DNA of 64,000 bases, from contig NC_042998.1 in NCBI RefSeq assembly GCF_006345805.1, positions 85,808,001 to 85,872,000 of the forward strand, written 5' to 3'. The notes under the pieces are model-generated. The model was not told the DNA's origin. It did no database searches and saw nothing but the letters and a program-made list of their open reading frames with translations. Of the stretch, positions 63,680 to 64,000 are shown piece by piece (position 1 is the first letter of the stretch; every line of letters begins with the position of its first letter). A program made the translations under genes and the position numbers. The DNA is from Octopus sinensis. Its lineage: Eukaryota.

Positions 63680-64000
63680 AAAATATTTAGTTTTCAATGA
63701 ACACTGGTATAAACCAGAGAACTAGGATGGAAATAATTGTTAAGCCTTGGATAAGTATGGTATGCAATGGAAGGCCATATGCATTTCAGCAAAACTCTGT
63801 ACTATCACACATGGCTCTAATAATGCATGAATGGATGGCTAGAAATGTTCATGATAACATAACCCCTAATATTTGGCCTCCTAATTTCCCAGATCTCAGT
63901 CCATTGGACTATTACATGTGGGGTGTTGTTGAGAGAAGTCAATGAACATGCCCGTAACACTGAAGATTCTTTGAAAGCTGCCATAGTCAGAATAATGTCC
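63680..64000 (+). mobile_element. maT (DD37D) transposase remnant, runs off window
   Basis: VKPWISMVCNGRPYAFQQNS...WPPNFPDLSPLDYYMWGVVER; 37 codons between the degenerate second D (AAC, 63793) and the third D (GAC, 63907). Confidence 0.8.

Overview
Eukaryotic, AT-rich, repeat-saturated genomic DNA, most likely from an octopus. This rests on my recognition of the abundant tRNA-derived SINE families and (GAT)n-tailed RTE LINE pieces, not on a database search. One host gene is firmly supported. It is a rhomboid intramembrane protease of the RHBDD1/RHBDL4 type on the + strand with four coding exons (20929-21385, 26179-26325, 28230-28310, 30131-30264; 272 aa), an intact Ser/His dyad and a shortened C-terminal tail. 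A CpG-retaining stretch at about 12.1-17.9 kb probably holds its promoter. Several short, splice-site-bounded open segments on the - strand (57.0, 53.6, 50.7, 35.9 kb) suggest a second, convergent gene that I cannot name. The rest is mobile DNA: at least four SINE families, many RTE fragments, a CR1 3' end, Penelope-like remnants, a cluster of Helitron-like non-autonomous elements, and three IS630/Tc1/mariner lineages (a full-length DD36E Tc1-like element, an internally deleted mariner, a DD37D maT remnant). The items most worth checking are a hammerhead-ribozyme core followed by a run of hairpins at 54.85-55.07 kb, two kilobase-scale fold-back structures (40.6-42.8 kb and 45.3-47.0 kb, the latter with a hammerhead-like motif and possibly an assembly artefact), and repeated tail-to-tail LINE-tail pairs that would form dsRNA.
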